Source: Eledone cirrhosa (taxonomy: Eukaryota). From it: a stretch of DNA of 64,000 nucleotides. The stretch covers positions 52,638,001 to 52,702,000 of the forward strand of contig OZ024741.1 in NCBI GenBank assembly GCA_964016885.1, given 5' to 3'. Below the pieces are notes generated by a model. It made no database searches, was not told where the DNA came from, and saw only the letters and a list, made by a program, of their open reading frames with translations. This document shows positions 27,502-43,224 of the stretch, in pieces. The translations under genes and the position numbers were made by a program. How positions within the stretch are numbered: the stretch's first letter is position 1; the number at the start of each line of letters is the position of its first letter.

Positions 27502-28881
27502 CAATCAAACGGAGATGGATACAGGCGTTCAATCCTGGTAGCATTTGTAATATGAAAATGTCGATTAGTTAAAAAACATTTCCAACATCACATAAATATA
27601 ATAAAATCTTAAACCCTAACACTATTCGACTTTCATATTCAACCGCCCCTAATATTGAACAACATATAAAAAAGCTTAACGCAAAACGGTTGTATAAACG
27701 CCTTCCAACACATAACAATACACGTAAAACATCGGCTATAACATCACAAAACAACAAACAACATCCCGTCCTGCCTAAGCAGCCTCATCAACCCATCCAT
27801 GGTAATACAACAACGCATAATTATAACTGTAACTGTAGACATCGTTACTCAATAAAACATGAAAACCAGCGTTATGGAACAACACTCGCAGACAGGGCTT
27901 GGCAGCTGCGCGAAAATAACCAACAATTTAACCTAAAATGGGATATAATATCAGCTGCCCCTCCATAAACCAAGGACAGGAATTTTGTAAATTGTATAAT
28001 ATAGAAATATTTTGTATTGTGAAATCCAAAAATATTTTATTAAATAACAGAATAGAGCGATCGTTATACTGTAACCATCGCTTGAAATCTACATTTTCAT
28101 ATTACAAACGCTATCAGGATTGAACGCCTGTCTCCATCTCCGTTTGATTGTCAAAATACATATTAACATTCTCTATTAGTCTTAATTCTATCAACTTTTC
28201 TATTCTTTATCATTTAATATAAATTGCTATAGATAAAATGAGATTTCTTAATTCAATTCCCTAATGCATATACCAGCAGGCTACCAGCATTGTTATTATA
28301 CAGTAGCAGTGAGAATCTCTCTCTTCCTTACTTGACACTTTATTATCTGTATTAATACTACTACACCAAACGACCAGCCCTGTCCATTGTTCAATTGGTC
28401 AAATATAGATTAAAATAGGCACTCCCAAAAATTCTTATTTAGATAAAATAAGCCATATACTCATTGTATTCTCATTAAAAACTTTCTATATACTTGTTTA
28501 CCAGAAAATTGAATTGCCATCTGTCATATACTATCCCTTCTCTTCTTCCTTTCTTACAACTAATATAAATACTTTGATTTTTCTGATTTTTTCCAATTTA
28601 TCCAATATCTCTGAAGAAGTGACAACTGATTATACATTTGCTATCGAATACTTGCTAACATTATATGATTACGCAAGCAGCGATACATAGGTATTCCGTC
28701 TGTTACAGAAACATATGTCAATACCTAATAAATTCCTTTATAAAAGCACTTTCATTTTATATTCATCTTCTCTATATTTTCTCCGGAATATAATTTATAC
28801 TCGCTGAGCAAACCTACACGTACGCTGTTCATCTCTAACGTGACGATATATTATCACTACATTATTGATAACTTGAAATTT

Positions 28882-28882
<1 letters not shown>
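27502..28882 (+). mobile_element. Decayed Hydra-like PLE fragment (GIY-YIG) with short inverted 5' copy and AT-rich 3' region
   Basis: IRLSYSTAPN, CNCR, GTTLADRAWQL..FNLKWDII, CKL..LLNNR.E...CNH across frames at 27570-28123. 27502-27567 is the reverse complement of 28086-28152. Hammerhead-like CTGAAGA...GAAA-catatg-TC at 28611-28709 (weak stem I). Confidence 0.75.
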
Positions 28883-28952
<70 letters not shown>

Positions 28953-29094
28953 TATGAAGAGAGAAGAAACATTTAGATATAATTAGTAATAAAATGTATC
29001 ATACCTAAACTGTTCCTAAATTCCTCGACTACGTAGTTTCGTGGCATAAACAAAAACAATATATCAAAGATATAGAGTCCTTGCGAGGTCTGCT

Positions 29095-30694
<1,600 letters not shown>

Positions 30695-30733
30695 CCTTAT
30701 TAATTCTGGCAATATTACGCAAATATGACCCTC

Positions 30734-30772
<39 letters not shown>

Positions 30773-31366
30773 GCCAGGTTCAAGTTTGCCTTTCATCCTT
30801 ACCAGTCCCGTACAGGAGTCGATTCTTCTGTAGAAAAAAATCAGCTGTCTTCAGACCTGGAGAGAGTTGGGCTCCATCAGGTTTAAAAGTACCAGAGATA
30901 CGCCGTTAAACGGTGCCTCTACAACTCCACAAGGAGTTATAGGATCTTTATCCTTTATATATATATGCAACTATTCAAATTGAAGACAGTGACCGATAAA
31001 TGAGCCGCTAGGAACAGAACAGAGAAAAAAACAGACTCAGGAAAATCTTTGACATACCTGGACCATCGTGGAAATATTATATGACATCTCCGCTAGGTTT
31101 TGTAAATCCGAAATCAACAAAATCCATTTGCAGGGGCCTGCAAGTTATTGGTTTTGGAAAATAGAACAGTGGAATTTACTTCGTCAAAAAGTTTTCGATC
31201 TGCCGCCACCGGTTGTAAGAACTAGTAGTAAACACCGCCAGTAGTCACGTTGTTTATCCGAAGGGAGGTAACCCCCGGTTTTGTCGGTCCGATTCAAAAT
31301 TTGAACAAAGGATTTATATCCTTTACACAAACCGAATAAAAGCTCTCAATTAGATGTTATTAAACA

Positions 31367-31423
<57 letters not shown>

Positions 31424-31482
31424 CAAGGCTCTGATACCATGAACACCATAAACACAGAGCTGGCATATCTAAGAACTGACTA

Positions 31483-31538
31483 ACTGCCTGATGAGGTCAT
31501 AGCCATTCAATGGTTATCATCGAAATATATATAGCAGT
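31483..31538 (+). ncRNA. Type I hammerhead ribozyme motif in TA-flanked module 31399-31585
   Basis: actgc-CTGATGA-ggt..atagccatt c aatggttat..atc-GAAA-tatata-TA-gcagt. Confidence 0.8.
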
Positions 31539-31579
31539 AAATAAAGGATTATGAGTTCATGCAATTGACTTATGTTTCG

Positions 31580-31620
<41 letters not shown>

Positions 31621-31624
<4 letters not shown>

Positions 31625-31985
31625 GGTGTGGGATGTTGAAAGCGTTCGTATGCAGTAGGCCATTTGAGCACTCGATGCTCTTACAGAGCAGATTATAATA
31701 TCACATAAGAAAGGGAGAATCAGTGGTGCGACGAATTAAAATGTATTAGACATATTACAATCGTTTCTCTGGCGACCAGCTCGAGGCGCGATCGATGCGA
31801 TGAGTTTCGACACAATCTTGTTCCAAACTCTGCTTCGAAAGATCGAGGCGTATCTGAGGATCTTGCGATTTCATAGTCAGGTTCGATCATCACATCGATC
31901 GTGTCTCGAGCTGGTTGCCAGAGAAACGATTGTAATATGTCTAATAAATTTTAATTCGTCGCGCAACTGATTCTCCTTTTCTTAT

Positions 31986-31993
<8 letters not shown>
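31621..31993. mobile_element. PLE-type fold-back module with hammerhead at 31849-31939 (+)
   Basis: 31698-31803 pairs with 31887-31993; cgtat-CTGAGGA-tcttgcga...ttgccaga-GAAA-cgattg-TA-atatg. Confidence 0.7.
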
Positions 31994-32025
<32 letters not shown>

Positions 32026-32030
<5 letters not shown>

Positions 32031-32512
32031 GAAAGGTATAGAAAACACTGTAGCGAAAAGCCAACAGCACTCCATAATATATAAGTGACCATAGCGTCAA
32101 AATGGGAAAAATAGTTAACGTAAAATGTGGGAAATATAATTCAAACTCATCTCAAAGAGAATCAGGATATAAATTCATCCACAGAATTTAGTGAAATCCA
32201 GGGAAAAATCAATAGAGCCTTAACTCATGATAAAATAAAGTTTAAAATACTCATCCTTCAATTTGGAAAAACTTCAAATGCTCTGTATAGTCTTAAAGAG
32301 TATTTCATGAAAACTTTCAGTGGAGATGGTCACGGTTGGAATTCAATCCTCAGCAGAGCTCAACTCGATAACCAGGATTCTCACAGATTTATCTGCCAAA
32401 AAGGGAATTTTAAAACAGGCTAGTTTACCATCATGCGTAATTATGAAAAAAACGAACATGAGGAAAGACATGGCTAGTGACGTCAGAATGAGATGAATGT
32501 TTGTTTACAACA
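32026..32512. repeat. ~490-bp interspersed repeat in (TA)n, with a diverged copy at 34198-34686
   Basis: Colinear similarity from aaatgaaa to ctagtgacgtcagaatgaga..tgtttacaa. Confidence 0.7.
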
Positions 32513-32532
32513 TATGTATATATGTATATATA

Positions 32533-32626
<94 letters not shown>

Positions 32627-33064
32627 AGCTGCATCTCAATATTGCGAAAATTACCATTACATGGATGGCACGCACATAACTTTTGTCCCCGCTAAGATCT
32701 GAAATCCCTGTGTGTATCTACTACAGTGAAAATAAGTATTTTTCAGCGACAGCCATGTCCATGCAACACACGTGAAAGAGGTTTAGATCAAGTGGTGCTT
32801 GTTCTTGAAGCTTTTTTTTAAGTGAAGAAATACCTCGCACTAAACCAATCCCACGTGACAGGTATCCAAATTGAATAACAGAACAATATCATTTGCTACC
32901 ATCGAGTCGCAGGTTTTACATCAGACTTTTCTTTTTCCTAGAACGATATCCTAACAAAGACTGAGTCTCTCACTACCGGTGTGCTAACAGTGCGCTCGGG
33001 CACCAAACCGAGTATTTCCACGTCCCTACGCTAATTTACACTTATACACATACACACATGAACA

Positions 33065-33108
<44 letters not shown>

Positions 33109-33319
33109 GAGAGAGAGAAAGAGAGAGAGAGAGAAATGTTTCTACTTTTTGACAGAAGGCCAGCAATTACCCAGTGCATTACTGGTACTTTATTTTATCG
33201 AACCCGTAAGGATGAAAGGCAAAGTTAACCTCGGCGGGATTAGAACACAGAATGGCAAGGGGCGTAACTCTATGCGTCAAAGCATAACGTCCGACCTCTA
33301 CCGATAGTGCCCATTTACC

Positions 33320-33403
<84 letters not shown>

Positions 33404-33409
33404 AATATA

Positions 33410-33512
<103 letters not shown>

Positions 33513-33770
33513 GTGTGCATGTATGTATAATATATATATACATACAACTGTACGTCTGTATACATATATGTATGTACGTATACATACTTATATTTAAGTA
33601 ACAGCTGTACTAACAGTGAGAAATGAAATTTCGTTTCATTTTTTCCGTTTATCGTTTTCGGTGCGCCCGGCCGACTAACTCACTCGATATGCAAATTAGG
33701 CTGCTCAGCCGTTAATATGCATAAGGAAAGTATATACTTGCAGACGTTCAATCATCTGACAGGAAGGTAT

Positions 33771-33813
33771 ACGTTGCTGACGATAGCTAATAAGCTTGAA
33801 ACTAGTACAGCGT
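33771..33813 (+). ncRNA. Minimal type I hammerhead inside a module bounded by ~80-bp direct repeats (33515-33592 and 33951-34025)
   Basis: acgttg-CTGACGA-tagct aata agctt-GAAA-ctag-TA-cagcgt. Confidence 0.8.
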
Positions 33814-34020
33814 TCCTTTGTCAGTGTTGAACAAATGAGCAACGATGGTTGCTAGACACTACGGCTTAATTCGGGATGTTTGTTTACAAACACACCGAGC
33901 ATTATAATAAATGTTCGGTGAATCCATACGTACATATATATATATATATTTGCGCATGTATGTATATATATATACATACTACTGAACGTCTGTATACATA
34001 TATGTATGTACGTATACATA

Positions 34021-34119
<99 letters not shown>

Positions 34120-34147
34120 ATATATAGGGCGGTGAATGGGCAGTATC

Positions 34148-34202
<55 letters not shown>

Positions 34203-34770
34203 GAAAATAGAGAAATTAATGTAAGCAAGAAGCGAACAGTAATTCAGACATATAAGTGACTATTACTTCAAGATGAAAAATATTTAACGTAAGATATGGG
34301 AAAATAATTTATTTCCAATTCAAAACAAGTCAAGACCAAACATTTTATCCACAGATTTTGTGTAATCCGGAGAAAAAACCAATAGAATCTTAACTCAAAA
34401 TAAAATTAAGAGTAAATACTTATCCGTCAATTTGGAAAAATCTACAAACGCACTATATAGTCTTAAAAAGACTATTTCACGAAACTTTTCAGTGGGGTTA
34501 ATCACGGTTTGTGTCGTTCCTCAGTAGTGCTCAACAATGTTAACTAAGTACCACAGCTAAAATACACCAGAGAGGAATTTAAAAGCAGGCTAGTCAAACC
34601 TCGTGTGGAATTGAATTAATAAAGACACATGGAGACAGGGCTAGTGACGTCAGAATGAGACGAATGTCTGTTTACAAGAAACAGCAATATATATATATAT
34701 ATTGACGGTTGAAAATCCAGCGAATTTTCAACCGTCAAGGTTTTTTTCCATTTATAAAACAAATTTTGTA

Positions 34771-34831
34771 TTTTATCTGATGAAAGCGCACCAAGTCTGC
34801 TTTGGTTGCCCTTGAAATATATATAATAAAA
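34771..34831 (+). ncRNA. Type I hammerhead motif (family of 2919)
   Basis: ttttat-CTGATGA-...-GAAA-tatata-TA-ataaaa. Confidence 0.65.
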
Positions 34832-34990
34832 TAATTATGGTTTTATATATATAGTTTCCATTTATTAATAAGAGTAAGAGCACTCAGTCCATAGGGCGAG
34901 CTTAGTATAAATAATTACAACAGTGACATAAACAGGCACTCAAGTTTCGTTGGGTTCTGGGCCCCAATTTCTTCAGCCTGTCATGATAGG

Positions 34991-35030
<40 letters not shown>

Positions 35031-35133
35031 CTAGACACAAACGTATGTATGTTTCATTGTGCAAACTAAATCTTTGAGCAATTTGGATATTGAAACATTC
35101 GTACTCGCACCCAATACCTACACACACATACAA

Positions 35134-35169
<36 letters not shown>

Positions 35170-36381
35170 ACACACATACAGACACAGAGAACGTGGGTGA
35201 GAGGAGAGGGGCTGAAGAGAATTAGGTTGAGAGGAAGTGAGAAAAAGACCCAGTCATAACGTGCCAAGCAGAGATAGAAAAGTGACGTTATAAACAGGTA
35301 GTTCAAATAAGCGGAGAGATTGACCGACAGACATACCGACAGAGCAGCCAGAATTCATAATTACCATATTTTTAGAGTAATTTGAAAAACACTCCATAAC
35401 ACGATCAATGATGACAGGAACATTAGAGGAGGAAGTTTAATTAGTCATTTTCAGTTTATTAACGATTAACCATTTTATGTCATTTAGTTTCAAATAAAAA
35501 AAAAACACAATAACCTATTGAAGTATTATAATGGTCTAAGAACCAGTCGAAACATATTAAATTTCCACAGAAACAACAGCAACAGCAACAACCACTGTTA
35601 CTTATTTTATTGGTGTGAACGCAACATGACGGAATGGTTAAGAATTTTATTTCGTAATTATTAGGTCCCGAGTTCGACCCCACAGCGTGGCGCTTTATTT
35701 AAATGTCATTTAGTATAGCCTATGGTTTACACATATTATATAAGTGAAATTGGGTAGACGGAAATTGTTTGAAAGCTTGTCGAATGGACTGACCCTGAAA
35801 TTCAAGGAGCAACTGTGTCACATCCTGTCACGTTGAATCCCCCTTAGAATTACATTAAGTGTATACGTGTTTGTGGAACGCTCAACCGAATATATTTTAA
35901 TTTTATGAGCAGGTCGTTATGTTGATCAAACAACTAGAACACCCTTCGTCGAAACTGATGAAGATCCATTTCAATACATTGTCACTAAACGAGAGATTTG
36001 GGGCGAAGTGTTAGTCGATTAAATCGAGTCCATTAGTTAAATGGTACATTATTTTATCGATCCTAGAAGGATGTAAGGACAAGTTGCCTTCAGTGGGATT
36101 CGAAAGTTATAAATTCGTTAACTGGGGGAATGTTTTAATTTTTTTTATTCCTGCTAATACGTGATAAATATATATTTCATCATATATATTTATGTATATA
36201 TAATTGCCATAACAGCATTGACTTGGCAGTGAAAGCCAGCATTAGGGTCGAAAGTGACAAAGAAGTTAATCTACATTTAAAGATGGCGACAAGAAAAACA
36301 AGAGAAGATTTGAATTGCAAATAGTAAAGTTAGTTAGCTAGTTAGTTATTTAGAATGGTAGATAGAGGCAAGGAGAAACGG

Positions 36382-36453
<72 letters not shown>

Positions 36454-36703
36454 AGAGAAATAAATAGATAGAAAGATATATAGATATATTTCTTTATTTA
36501 CCTTAAAGGCATAAAAAGAAGGGACAAATACAAAGGGGGAGTTTACATATAATCGAGTAAAAAGGGTGTAACATGAAAATAATCGAAAATAACCTCAAAA
36601 GGGAGGGGACGTGATGGGGGTTGCACACACCCCCGAAAAAGTGTGCAATCCTTTGCCCGGGGAACACATGGAGAAGGTGCTCCCCTCTCCTTTAATTCTT
36701 TAC

Positions 36704-39700
36704 CTACAGGATGGTATACAGAGAAGGCCCACTTACACGAGCCATTCTCGCCACTATCACCCACCTTTCATAAAACTGCCTGTGGCCAAGCACTTCTCTC
36801 TCCATTCTTATCCTTCTTCCGAAGTGATATCGGAAGAAGTAGACCAGACTATGGCCAGAGAGGAAGTTGCCTGACCTCAGACCTTTCAATCGTGTCCACC
36901 AAACAACCTCTTTCAACATGGCTATTACGCACAGAAAAACCGCCTTTGCTTCCTTTGTGAAGAAGGGAGGCGGTTTGATTGTCATCACGGACTCGGCGGT
37001 CAATTTAATCGGCACCACCTGCGACAGCAGTCGTTCGGCGTAGCCCCACAGATCAGCCACGCCCGGACATTGCACCAATGCGTGCACAACGGTTTCTTCG
37101 TGACGCACGCATCTAGGGCAAATCTTTTTTGAGGGATCCCTGCCCGGGCGCCCGTGTCTGTAGAGCCTCTCTCGAACGGGTAGAGCCCCCCGGTAGCACT
37201 GCCAGGCCAGTGACCTCTGGAAGTTGTCCATTGGTCCTGGGCCGAAAGTCCTACCGAACAGGCTGGCCAGTTCGTCTTCTTCCATGTCCAGAGACTCTCC
37301 AAGGGTGTCATCGCCCCTGCTAGCCACCAGCCCTCTATAGAATGATGAGGTGGATTCTCCACCGATGGCCTGGCCCGCTGCCAGAGAGCCCTGAGCGCCT
37401 GAGCACACTCAGTGTGCCAGTCTCCCAGTTTTCCGGATCTTTGCTTGACCCAGGACTGTAGCTCGGTGAGCGAGACGAGTCTCGGAAAGGCTCGCTTCAC
37501 GAACGGAGCCCACACCGGTTGACCAGTGAGGAATACCTGTAGGTGCCGTAGCCTTAATGCGTGCCTACGCATCATCAACCACGGCATCCCCAGCCCTCCT
37601 TTCGAAGGTTGTTGGCAGCAGATGGATCTTCTCACCATAGGAGGGCGCTTCTTCCAAAGAAATTGGAAGAGCATGCGTTCCATGGTGGTGAGTGTTTCCT
37701 TAGGGCAAGGCACGACAGTCAGGCGGTAGTAAGTGACGGACGCTATGTAAATGTTCGCCACCTCCGCCCGGCCTTTTAGGGACAGCTTACACTTGGCCCA
37801 TTTCTGGGTTAGTGCAAACACCTTGTTCGTAACCTCGTTCCAGTTGTTTTCCACCTGGAGGTCCGGTCCAAACCAGACCCCAAGCAACTTTACCGGGCCC
37901 TCCGTCCAGTGTCCGACGACACCGTCAGGAGGCATCGGTCCGCCTCTCCACGTTCCGAGTTGCAGCCCGATGGATTTTTCCCGGTTCAGTTTCGCTCCTG
38001 ACAACCTTTCGTACTCCTCCAGTAAGGTACCGATCGCCTCGATCTCCGAGTCGGTCGATACCATTACTGTTACGTCATCGGCGTAGGCCGACACCGCTTT
38101 GCTCAATCCTGGTTCCAGGGGGATACCCTGCAACAACTCCAACTTCCTCAGTAAAGGCTCGAGAGTCAATACGTACAGAAGGGAGGAGAGAGGGCACCCC
38201 TGTCGAATGGATCGTGTGATTTCGAACGGCTTCGAAAGGTAGCCGTTCACCTTGATCCTAGAACAGATGTGGTTGCTATGTAAGGCAGTGATCCAGCCTC
38301 TGAAAACAGGACCGAACCCAGCCGCCGCTAGCACCGCATCCAGGTAACCATGGTCAACCCTATCGAAGGCCTTAGACTGATCCAAGTTGATCAGGGCCCT
38401 ACCGAAGCCGGGTTTGTTGCCAACCCTCTCTATGATGTATCGCATGAGGTGGAGGTTATCGTGAATGGACCTGGATGGGATAGCACATGTCTGCGCATCT
38501 CCCACCAGGCCACCCACGACAAGCGCCAACCTCTTTGCTAGCACCTTGGCCAAAATCTTTAACTCTGTGTTTAACAGGGTTATGGGCCGAAAATTATTTA
38601 TACTATCTCCCTTGTTCTCGTCCTTCCTCACCAGCGTGACTACGCCCTTGGCTACAGAACAAGGAATTCTCCCGTTCTGCTGCCAATTGCAGTAGACCGC
38701 TTCGAGGAGTTCGGAGAAGAAGACCGGCATTGCTAAATAAAGTTCGTAAGGTATACCATCGAGACCTGGAGATTTGCGTCTGCTGCATTGGCTCAGCGCA
38801 TCTCCGATCTCATCAGCCGAGATTGGTCCCTCGCAGGACTCTGCCTCTTCGCTCGAGAGACGCGGCAGGCCGTCGAGGCATGGACCGAAATCCACGCCCC
38901 CGCCCGGACCCTCGCCTCCCCCGAACAATCGGGCAAAGTGCCTTTGAAAGGCCTCGCACATCTGCTTAGGCTCCCGGATCACCCGTCCATCTTCGTCTTG
39001 CAACGACCGGATGGTGGATCGATTTCCACTCTTAGCTTCTGTCACGCGGGCCCAGCCAACGGCTTTGGCCCCCTCATTACCTAGAGCACGTATTTTACTT
39101 CGAATGACGCAGCCTTCGTGCTTTGCATCGAAAAACTGGTTCAAGGCCGTCCTCGATGCCAGCACTCTGGCCACATCTTCGCTCTTGATTGCCTCTTCTA
39201 ATTTACCTGTTAATTCTTTCTCGTTTCTATTCCTATCGGCAGCTAACATCTTGCTATAACTTATTGATTCTGTTCTAATCTCTCTTTTGAGAGATGCCCA
39301 CCATCGGTTGTTGACGATTGCACCCGTCAACCTCTCCTTAACTAATCTGCTAATCCGGTTTCTGTAAGTCTCTTTTGCCGGTAAAGACAAATTAAGTTTC
39401 CAGTAACCGGGACCCTGTTTATGTGTTTTCTCGAGATTGACTACGCAGGTCACTAATTTGTGATCCGTGTAGCCAATCGTGCGCATTTCTGGACAGCTTA
39501 ATATGTCCCTATCCTTACTTCTAACTAAGAATCTATCTAAGTACGATCTAGATTGACCACTGTGGTTTCTCCAAGTCCAGGTAGGCACAGTTGGAAAATC
39601 TAGTCGATATCTATCGACCAAGTTAAAACGGTCGAGTAACCCCTTGAGGATGTTACACTCCCCTCTATTAGGACATGCTCCTTCATAGTCCCAACGTGCA

Positions 39701-40134
39701 TCTAGGATGTCATTCCAATCCCCCGCTAGAAGGAGGGAACGCGACGTTCCCAGAAAAGCTCCAAACGCTGGAAGAAGTCGGGCCATTCAGCTCCGAAAGG
39801 GGAGTAGACGGCGACCAGTCTCAAGGCCGCACTTTCACTACTGCCAACGTCTAGCAACAACAAACGACCCTCCGGGTCCGAGTGCACAACCTGTACGGCA
39901 AGACCCAGGTGTTTTTGCAGCAGTACGACAACCCCCACCTCCAGGTTGACAGAGAGATGCATGCACCTCAAAGTCATCGAAGGTGGGGGCCAGCTGCCGC
40001 ACGACGCTGATTCGAGTCTCACAGATAACCATTACATTTATACTACATGACCTGAGGTCATTTAGAAGCTTTGCTTGCTTCCATGTTGAGCCCAGGCCAC
40101 GTGCATTCAAACATCCTACTCTTAGCACATCCAT
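36704..40134 (-). pseudogene. LINE ORF2: APE endonuclease plus reverse transcriptase plus C-terminal CxxC..H..C
   Basis: GCLNARGL, CETR, AGDWN, SYLDRF, TDH, KSPGLDG, NFRPITLLN, DQSKAFDRV, RQGCPLS, YADD, CPRC..ETVVHALVQC. Split over ORFs 39838-40134, 39726-40022, 37000-39786 and 36704-37408. Confidence 0.92.
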
Positions 40135-40167
40135 GTGGGCGGCAGAGCCAAAGGAGAGTGTAGAGAC

Positions 40168-41893
40168 CTACCTTTCCGCTTCCCGGGGTTCGGGTTGCAC
40201 GACTTCCATGGGGTCGGGGGTGTTGGGTGAAGGGGTGTCTTGTGGTGGTGTGGGGTCGTCAGTGTGTGGTGGGGTTGGGGTGTTTGGAGTTGTGTTGGGG
40301 AGGGGAAGGTGAGGGGGAAAGATTTTTAGTAGGACGCGGTTTATGGGTTTGACAGAAGGTGGTCCTACGTCCTCCTTAAAATCCTTTATTAGTTTTTGGT
40401 AGAGGTTCAATGGGATCTTTATTAGTTTTAAATGTGGGTAGTTTTCTGAAGAAACAAAGTTTACGCCTTCGGTTTATACCGAAGGATTATTGTATATGAG
40501 TTTATTTAATTTATTATTGTTTCTGTTGATGTAAGTATAGTGTAATGTCTTTTTTTCGGAAGGTGTGAGTGTTTCGAAGAGGGGAGGGGCAGGTTTGGTT
40601 TTGTTTGTTACTGGAGGGGTGTTTTCTGTTTTGTTGGATTGTGTTGAGATTTGGGTGGGGGTTGCTTGGCCTTGTGTGTTTTGCACATGTTTTTTTTTTT
40701 TCCTTTTAATCTGTCTGAAGGACTCCGTTTCTTCCTCCGAATTCGTTGGGTTATCTTCAGTGTTGGAGGGAAGAGGTATGTTTGCTGGTAATGTTTCCGT
40801 GTTGGTTTTCTTTGTGGGGGAGATGGATTTCACTATGTTAGACTGTGTTGTGTGTTGTGTCTGCGGTGGTTGTGTTGTTTTATTGAGTGAGGGGTTGGGT
40901 GGGCCTGTATTTTGTTTTGGGGTAATGTGTTGTGACTGTTTGTGTTGTGTTGTGGTGGTGTAGTTTTACTGAGGGACGGGTTGGGTGGGACTGAGTTTTG
41001 TTGTTTGTTTATCTGTTGTGGTTGTGGTGGTGGAGCTGGTGTTGGTAGCAGGGTTTTCTTTTTGTTGAGTTGGGGACAAGCGGCCTTCAGGTGCCCTCTG
41101 CCTGCACATGTATGGCAGGACGGCCTTCTCCCCTCCACGCTAATGTTTATATACCCGTGGCCCTCTAATAGGATTCTGTCGGGTATTTCGGCGATGCGTT
41201 CAGGCTTCATTTGCACTACCAGCTCTATACCTGTTCCACTGAACGCATTGCCTGTGGTTTTCCCAAGGAAATCACGTTGTCATTCACTGGATCGATGAAG
41301 CCAGCTATGAGCCAGCAGTAGTCCACATCTGGCATCATTGCATCCAGCCATATGCGTTGAGTTCTTTTACCCATATAAGATGGATAAAAGGTAAAATTTT
41401 TCGAACGAATCGGTGACAAAGCACATTTTTTTGCCGCCGATTCGTTCTTCATGATAATTGCTAGGCTTCCATACAGTCTGTCTTTTCTTATGAAAGTGGT
41501 TTCATTAAGTACTTCTGTGAGTACTGTTTTGATATCTGCTTGAGACGGCTGTTCAGGTTTTTTTGTACTGTTGTTGATGGTGCGAAACTTGACCGTTCGG
41601 CTTTCAATGTCTTTGGTGAATTCTTGAGGCATTTTTACCGATAAAATACCATTCTCTCCTTCACTTATGTATTGTTTGGCGTCTGTGATTCGTCGTGCCA
41701 CATCTGAAATATTTTCCGGTATATAAGTCAAAGATTTCTTCGTTGTCTGTGCAAATGAAATCTTGTCGTCTGCTTTGCTTTCTGTTATGGTGTTATTTTC
41801 AAATGTTATTTTTGTGTTTGTTGTGTCTTTGTTTGTGTTATTAGTATTGTCATGCAATTTTTCAAATTTTTGTTTTTCGTTGTTGGAATCCAT
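40168..41893 (-). pseudogene. LINE ORF1 (gag-like, CCHC zinc knuckle)
   Basis: CHTCAGRGHLKAAC (CX2CX4HX4C) in ORF 40833-41216; Pro/Thr-rich tail; broken into 4 ORFs immediately upstream of ORF2. Confidence 0.8.
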
Positions 41894-42378
41894 GTCCAGA
41901 TTTGTGTTTTCGTCATTTTTTTTCTCCGCAGATTCGTCTGTTTTTATTTTAATTTTTCCTTCCTTCTCTATGACGTTAGTTGGGAAGGAAGGGGAGGACT
42001 AAAGCGTGCGAGCTTACAACTCTTACCGCTGTCCCCCCACCACTATTTTCGTTCGCTGCGTTTAACATTTCTTTTAGACGATTGAAATTTTTTTGGCCAC
42101 AAAATTTTTTAAAACAGGTTTTTCACCTCTAGGAGATGTAAAGATGAGCTGACCCACCGCCTGACAGTTCAGACGGGGGGGTCAAGCTACACAATTGTAT
42201 CAAAATTAAATTTGAACTCCCAAAATTTCCGCAATAAATTTGAACAAAACTTCTGCGCGAAGTGAATTACATCCACACTGTAGAACAGACGACAGCTAGA
42301 TTATATATAGATAGATAGGTAGACATATATAAATAGATAAAGAGAGAGGGAGAGATAAAAAAAAAATATATATATATA

Positions 42379-43167
42379 TAAAGAATTAGTATATCTACCA
42401 ACATATGTATACAGATGTATACCTATGCTAGCAAATATATATGTTATGTCTTAGTAACTTTGTGGTTCTCTGCAAGGGGATGCAGAAAATTTTTAAAATT
42501 AACTTACTTACTAAAATTTTCACTCCAACTAATTAGTTTCTGTAAAGGAATAAATATGGTTACGCAACGGAACCATAGAGAAATCCTTACGTTACTTTAG
42601 TAAGTAAGTTAATTATAAACATTTTCTTATTTTACGTCTTTCATATAATTGTTCTGCATCCCCTTGCATAGAACCACAAAGTTACTAAGACATAACATAT
42701 ATATTTGCCGGCATAGGTATACATCTGTATACATATGTTGGTAGATATACTAATTCTTTATATTTACCTCCAAATTATTTGTTGAGAAAAACTCGCCGAA
42801 ATTACTGCTATGGTTCATGGTAGTAGTTAGGCTCTTGTCTTATTACCACTCCACTCCTCACTGATTAACCTCAGTGTCACGTGATTGATTCTTTAGAATT
42901 TGCCACTGACCAAGTAGGCAGTGAATTTTTTCAATGTCCTGGAATTTAGTCCCCGCTCGCTTTTTTCCACCCACTGAATTATTTTTATATGAGTTCCTTG
43001 TGTCCACGCATTGCCTGGGAACTTAGCTGAGAATAGACTTCCAGATGACGTAAGGATTTCTCTATAGTTGCGTTGCGTAACCATATTTATTCCCTTACAG
43101 AAACTAATTAGTTGGAGTGAAAATTTTAGTAAGTAAGTTAATTTAAAAAATTTTCTTATTTTACGTC

Positions 43168-43172
<5 letters not shown>
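42379..43172. mobile_element. Multiply inverted PLE-type module; hammerhead with CAGATGA core at 43037-43118 (+)
   Basis: 42379-42490 pairs with 42653-42762, 42490-42592 pairs with 43048-43150, and 42596-42648 repeats 43125-43175; acttc-CAGATGA-cgtaagg..ccttaca-GAAA-ctaattag-TT-ggagt. Confidence 0.7.

Positions 43173-43218
<46 letters not shown>

Positions 43219-43224
<6 letters not shown>

Larger units (their letters stand above)
36490..42295 (-). mobile_element. Near-full-length L1/Tx1-type LINE, frameshifted, inserted in a GATA/TA-rich tract
   Basis: 5'UTR, ORF1 with zinc knuckle, ORF2 APE-RT-Cys domain, and a 3'UTR ending aataaagaa followed by (atat/atct). Confidence 0.92.

Noticed and set aside
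37129-42085. Plus-strand ORFs overlapping the LINE
   Set aside because: These are antisense shadows of the GC-richer ORF1/ORF2.
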